A DNA stretch of 64,000 nt from Mustelus asterias (Eukaryota), in the NCBI RefSeq assembly GCF_964213995.1, contig NW_027590219.1, positions 372,001 to 436,000 on the forward strand. Direction: 5' to 3'. Position 1 is the stretch's first letter; each line of letters starts with the position of its first letter. Made by a program: the position numbers and the translations under genes. Shown here in pieces: positions 60,040-64,000 of this stretch. The notes under the pieces are model-generated. The model was not told where the DNA came from. It did no database searches and worked only from the letters and a program-made list of their open reading frames with translations.

Positions 60040-60985
60040 TTTGTCAACATTATACTACATTTGCCAGTTCTTTGCCCACTTGCTTAACCTGTCTATGTCT
60101 CTTTGTGGCCCCCTTGCATCCTCTTCACAACTTATTTCTCTACCTATCTTTGTGTCATCAACAAATTTAACAACCATGCCTTCAGTTCCTTCTAAATCAT
60201 TGATATAAATGGTCAAAAGATTGAGGTGCCAGCTGCTCACCATAACCCTTAATTCCTTTACTGTTCAAAAAACTATTCATCCTTGCCTTAAAAACATTCA
60301 ATGAGGTAGCCTCAACTGCTCCACTGGGCAGGGAATTCCACACCTTTGGGTGAAGAAGTTCCTCTTCAACTCAGTCCTAAATCTGCTCCCCTTTATTTTG
60401 CCATGCCCCCTAGTTCTAGTTTCACCTGCCAGTGGAAACAACTTCCTGCTTCTATCTTATCTATTCCCTTCAGAATCTTGTATGTTTCTGTAAGATCTCC
60501 CCTCATTCAAAGTTAAAGTTCATTGATTAGTCACAAGTCAGGCTTAATTAACATCAATGACATTACTGTGAAATTCCCCTAGTCGCCACACTCTCGCGCC
60601 CGTTCGGTCAATGCACCTAACCAGCACATCTTTCAGACTGTGGGAAGAAACCGGAGCATCCAGAGGAAACAGACACAGGGAGAATGTGCAAACTCCACAC
60701 AGACAGTGGCCCAAGCCTGGAATCAACCCCAGGTCCCTGGCGCTATGAGGCAGCAGTGCTAACCACTCTGGAATCATGCCACCCACGAATTGGAATTCTT
60801 CTGAATTCCAATGAGTATAGTCCCAGTCTACTCAGGCTCTCCTCATAAACCAACCTAGTGAATCTTCTCTGCATCCCTTCCAATGCCAGTATATCCTTTC
60901 TCAAGTAAGGAGACCAAAACTGTACACAGTACTCCAGGTGTGGCCTGACCAGCACCTTGCACAGCTGCAACATAATCTCGCTGTT
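60040..60985 (-). mobile_element. CR1 LINE fragments interrupted by a SINE (60508-60785)
   Basis: IYINDL..KFVDDTKIG; [21 protein letters not shown]. Confidence 0.75.
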
Positions 60986-61311
60986 CATAGAATCATAGAA
61001 CCCCTATCATGCAGAAGGAGGCCATTTGGCCTATCGAGTCTGCACCGACAACAATACCACCCAGGCCCTATCCCCGCAACCCTACATATTCTCCCCACTA
61101 ATCCCTCTAACCTACGTATCCCAGAACACTAGGGACAATTTAGCATGGCCAATCAACCTAGCCCGCGGATCTTTGGATGGTGGGAGGAAACCCACGCAGA
61201 CACGAGGAGAATGTGCAAACTCCACACAGACAGTGACCCAAGCTGGGAATCAAACCCAGGTCCCTGGAGCTGTGAGGCAGCAGTGTTAAGCACTGTGCTA
61301 CCATGCTGCCC
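60986..61311 (-). mobile_element. HE1-like SINE
   Basis: Head, core and CR1-type tail. Confidence 0.8.
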
Positions 61312-61513
61312 ATGTTAATGCATTGCCCGTAACACCATGCACCTGTTGAATTCATCTGCCATCTCCTTACTTTCCATTATTAATGGCTAAAACTCACTTT
61401 CTATAGGACAAACATTCACTTTGTCAACACTTTTCCTATTTAAATATCCAGAACCACTGACTATCCATCTTTATATATCTAGCTGCCTTTCTCTCGTACT
61501 CTAATTCTTCCCT

Positions 61514-62026
61514 CACAGTGAAAAGAGACCGGTTAAATGTCCAGACTGCGGGAAGGGCTATAAAAGTTCTGAGGAACTGCATCACCATCAACATGTTCAC
61601 TCTGATGAGAGACCATTCACATGTTCTCACTGCGGGATTGGCTTCCTGCGATCAGGCGACCTCTCTGTACACCAGCGAATTCACACTGGGGAGAGGCCGG
61701 TCACCTGCCCTGTGTGTGGGAAGAGATTCACTTGTTTATCCTCTCTCACTTCACACCAAGTTGTTCACACAAATGAGAGACCGTTCAGATGTTCTGACTG
61801 TGAGAAGAGCTTTAAAAGCAGAAAACTTCTGCTCGCACACCAGCGAAATCACTCTGAGGAGAGATCGTTCACCTGCACTGAGTGTGGGAAAGGATTCACC
61901 CGGTCATCCATTCTGCTGAGACACCAACAAGTTCACAGTGAGGAGAAGCCGTTCACTTGTTCAATGTGTGGAAAGGGATTCACCCAGTCATACAACCTGG
62001 TGAGACACCAGCGAGTTCACCAGTGA
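61514..62026 (+). pseudogene. Headless but open 6-finger ZNF segment
   Basis: Open frame [18 protein letters not shown] with no N-terminus; 3' flank homologous to other ZNF genes. Confidence 0.7.
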
Positions 62027-62807
62027 TCACAGGGGTGTGATTCTGCTATTATTGCTGCTGTTAATCACATCCCAGACTGAATTATGTTTCTGATAGAGTT
62101 TATTTTTGATGTAAATTGGCCCTGTTGGACTTGGGGTGAGCCCCACAGCATCTCACATTCATGTGTCAATAAATCATCACACCTGCATACTTTGTTTTAA
62201 ATTTAAATCACTCAAACTGTATTGAACTAAAGATGACCAATAAACAGATCACAGTTCAATCCTGCAGTTCTAAAATCTGTTTTCTCATTTGAATTTTGGT
62301 CATCTCATCTTTATCATAGAAGAGTCAGAGAATCCCTACAGCATAGAAGAGGTCAATAGGCCCATCAAGTCTGCAACAACTCTCTGATCGAGTATCTTAC
62401 TGAGCCCCTCTCCCCCGCCCTATCTCCATAAACCCACACATTTCCCATGGCTAATCCATCCAGGCTGGAGCTATTTGATAGGCGAGCTGTTCAGTCACTG
62501 TGCGGTGTCTACATGTTCTCCCCGTGTCTGCGTGGGTTTTCTCTGGGTGCTCCAGTTTCCTCCCACAGCCCAAGAGATGTGCTGATTGGGTACATTGGCC
62601 ATGCTAAATTCTCCCTCAGTGTACCCGAACAGGCGCTGGAGTGTGGTGACTTGGGGATTTTCACAGAACTTCAATGCAGTGTTAATATAAGCCTACTTGT
62701 GATGATAATAAATAAACTCAAACTTGTCAGATTTTGAAGGAATTAGTCTGAAAGCAAACTCAGCGGTTTATGTCCTCAGACTCTGGTCCCTGCTGTAATG
62801 AATACTC

Positions 62808-63712
62808 TAAGAAGTTTAACAACACCAGGTTAAAGTCCAACAGGTCTATTTGGTAGCAAACGCCGCAAGCTTTCGGAGCGCTGCTCCTTCGTCAGGTGAG
62901 TGGGAATTCTGTTCACAAACAGGGCACAGAGACACAAACTCAATTTACAGAATAATGGTTGGAATGCGAATACTTACAGCTAATCAAGTCTTAAAGGTAC
63001 AAACAATGTGAGTGGAGAGAGCACCAAGACAGGCTAAAAAGATGTGTATTGTTTCCAGACAGGACAGCCAGTGAAACTCTGCAGGTCCAGGCAGGCTGTG
63101 GGGGTTACAAATAGTGTGACATGAACCCAATATCCCGGTTGAGGCCGTCCTCATGTGTGCGGAACTTGGCCATCAGTTTCTGCTCAGCGACTCTGCGCCG
63201 TCGTGTGTCGTGAAGGCAGCCTTGGAGAACGCTTACCCAAATATCAGAGGCTGAATGCCTGTGACCGCTGAAGTGTTCCCCAACAGGAAGAGAACAGTCT
63301 TACCTGGTGATTGTCGAGTGGTGTTCATTCATCCGTTGTTGTAGTGTCTGCATGGTCTCCCCAATGTATCATGCCTTGGGACATCCTTTCCTGCAGCGTA
63401 TCAGGTAGACAACGTTGGTCGAGTTGCAAGAGTACGTACCATGTACCCAGTGGATGGTGTTCTCAGGTGAGATGATGGCATCTGTGTCGATGAACCGGCA
63501 CGTCTTGCAGAGGTTGCTGTGGCAGGGTTGTGTGGTGTCGTGGTCACTGTTTTCCTGAAGCCTGGGTAGTTTGCTGCGGACAATGGACTGTTTGAGGTTG
63601 TGCGGTTGTTTGAAGGCAAGAAATGGGGGTGTGGAGATGGCCTTGGCGAGATGTTCGTCTTCATCAATGACATGTTGAAGGCTCCGGAGGAGATGCCGTA
63701 GCTTCTCCCACA
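62808..63712 (-). mobile_element. Penelope-like element 3' fragment (GIY-YIG) with mutated hammerhead at 62864-62898
   Basis: NVVYLIRCRKGCPKA*; collinear with 47600-48440. Confidence 0.85.
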
Positions 63713-63724
63713 GTCTGTAAGATG

Positions 63725-63870
63725 TGATGGTTAGGTGCATTGGCTGTGCTAAATTCTCCCTCAGTGTACCCGAACAGGCACCGGAGTGTGGCGACTAGGG
63801 GATTTTCACAGTAACTGCATTGCAGTGTTAATGTAAGCCTACTTGTGACACTAATAAATAAACTTTAAAC
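63725..63870 (+). mobile_element. SINE 3' half with Rex1-like tail
   Basis: Same tail as 57832-58135; another copy at ~62490-62720. Confidence 0.7.
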
Positions 63871-64000
63871 TATAAAAAAAACTTTAAAAAGTCACACACC
63901 ATCCTGACACTGTCTGACACCCAGTACTGGATAAACAGAAATGTCATCCAATTAAATATTGGGAAGATGAGTCGGAAAAAAACTCCACTCTCCAGCCACT

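Overview
Eukaryotic genomic DNA, most likely from a shark or other elasmobranch (inferred from HE1-like V-SINEs, a Deu-domain SINE and CR1/HER1 LINEs). The window is a transposon-rich cluster of C2H2 zinc-finger-only genes with no recognisable KRAB, BTB or SCAN domain. There are five uninterrupted ORFs (13, 10, 6+1, 14 and 15 fingers), one frameshift-truncated gene and at least five pseudogenes or fragments. They share a promoter / 5' exon / uORF exon / fossil-finger architecture and two head-to-head promoter modules. Interspersed are Tx1, CR1, L2 and Rex1/Babar LINEs, Penelope-like elements with minimal hammerhead ribozymes, several SINE families and an LTR-type integrase remnant. The most unusual part is 1-4746, a ~1.87-kb tandem array ending 9 bp upstream of a tRNA-Val-derived sequence. 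Its modules fold, by eye, into repeated hairpins carrying GAA/AGUA (loop E / sarcin-ricin type) internal loops, and its ends resemble Tx1-type 3' ends plus a duplicated target. All calls were made by reading the sequence, with no searches run. Boundaries of decayed repeats are approximate.
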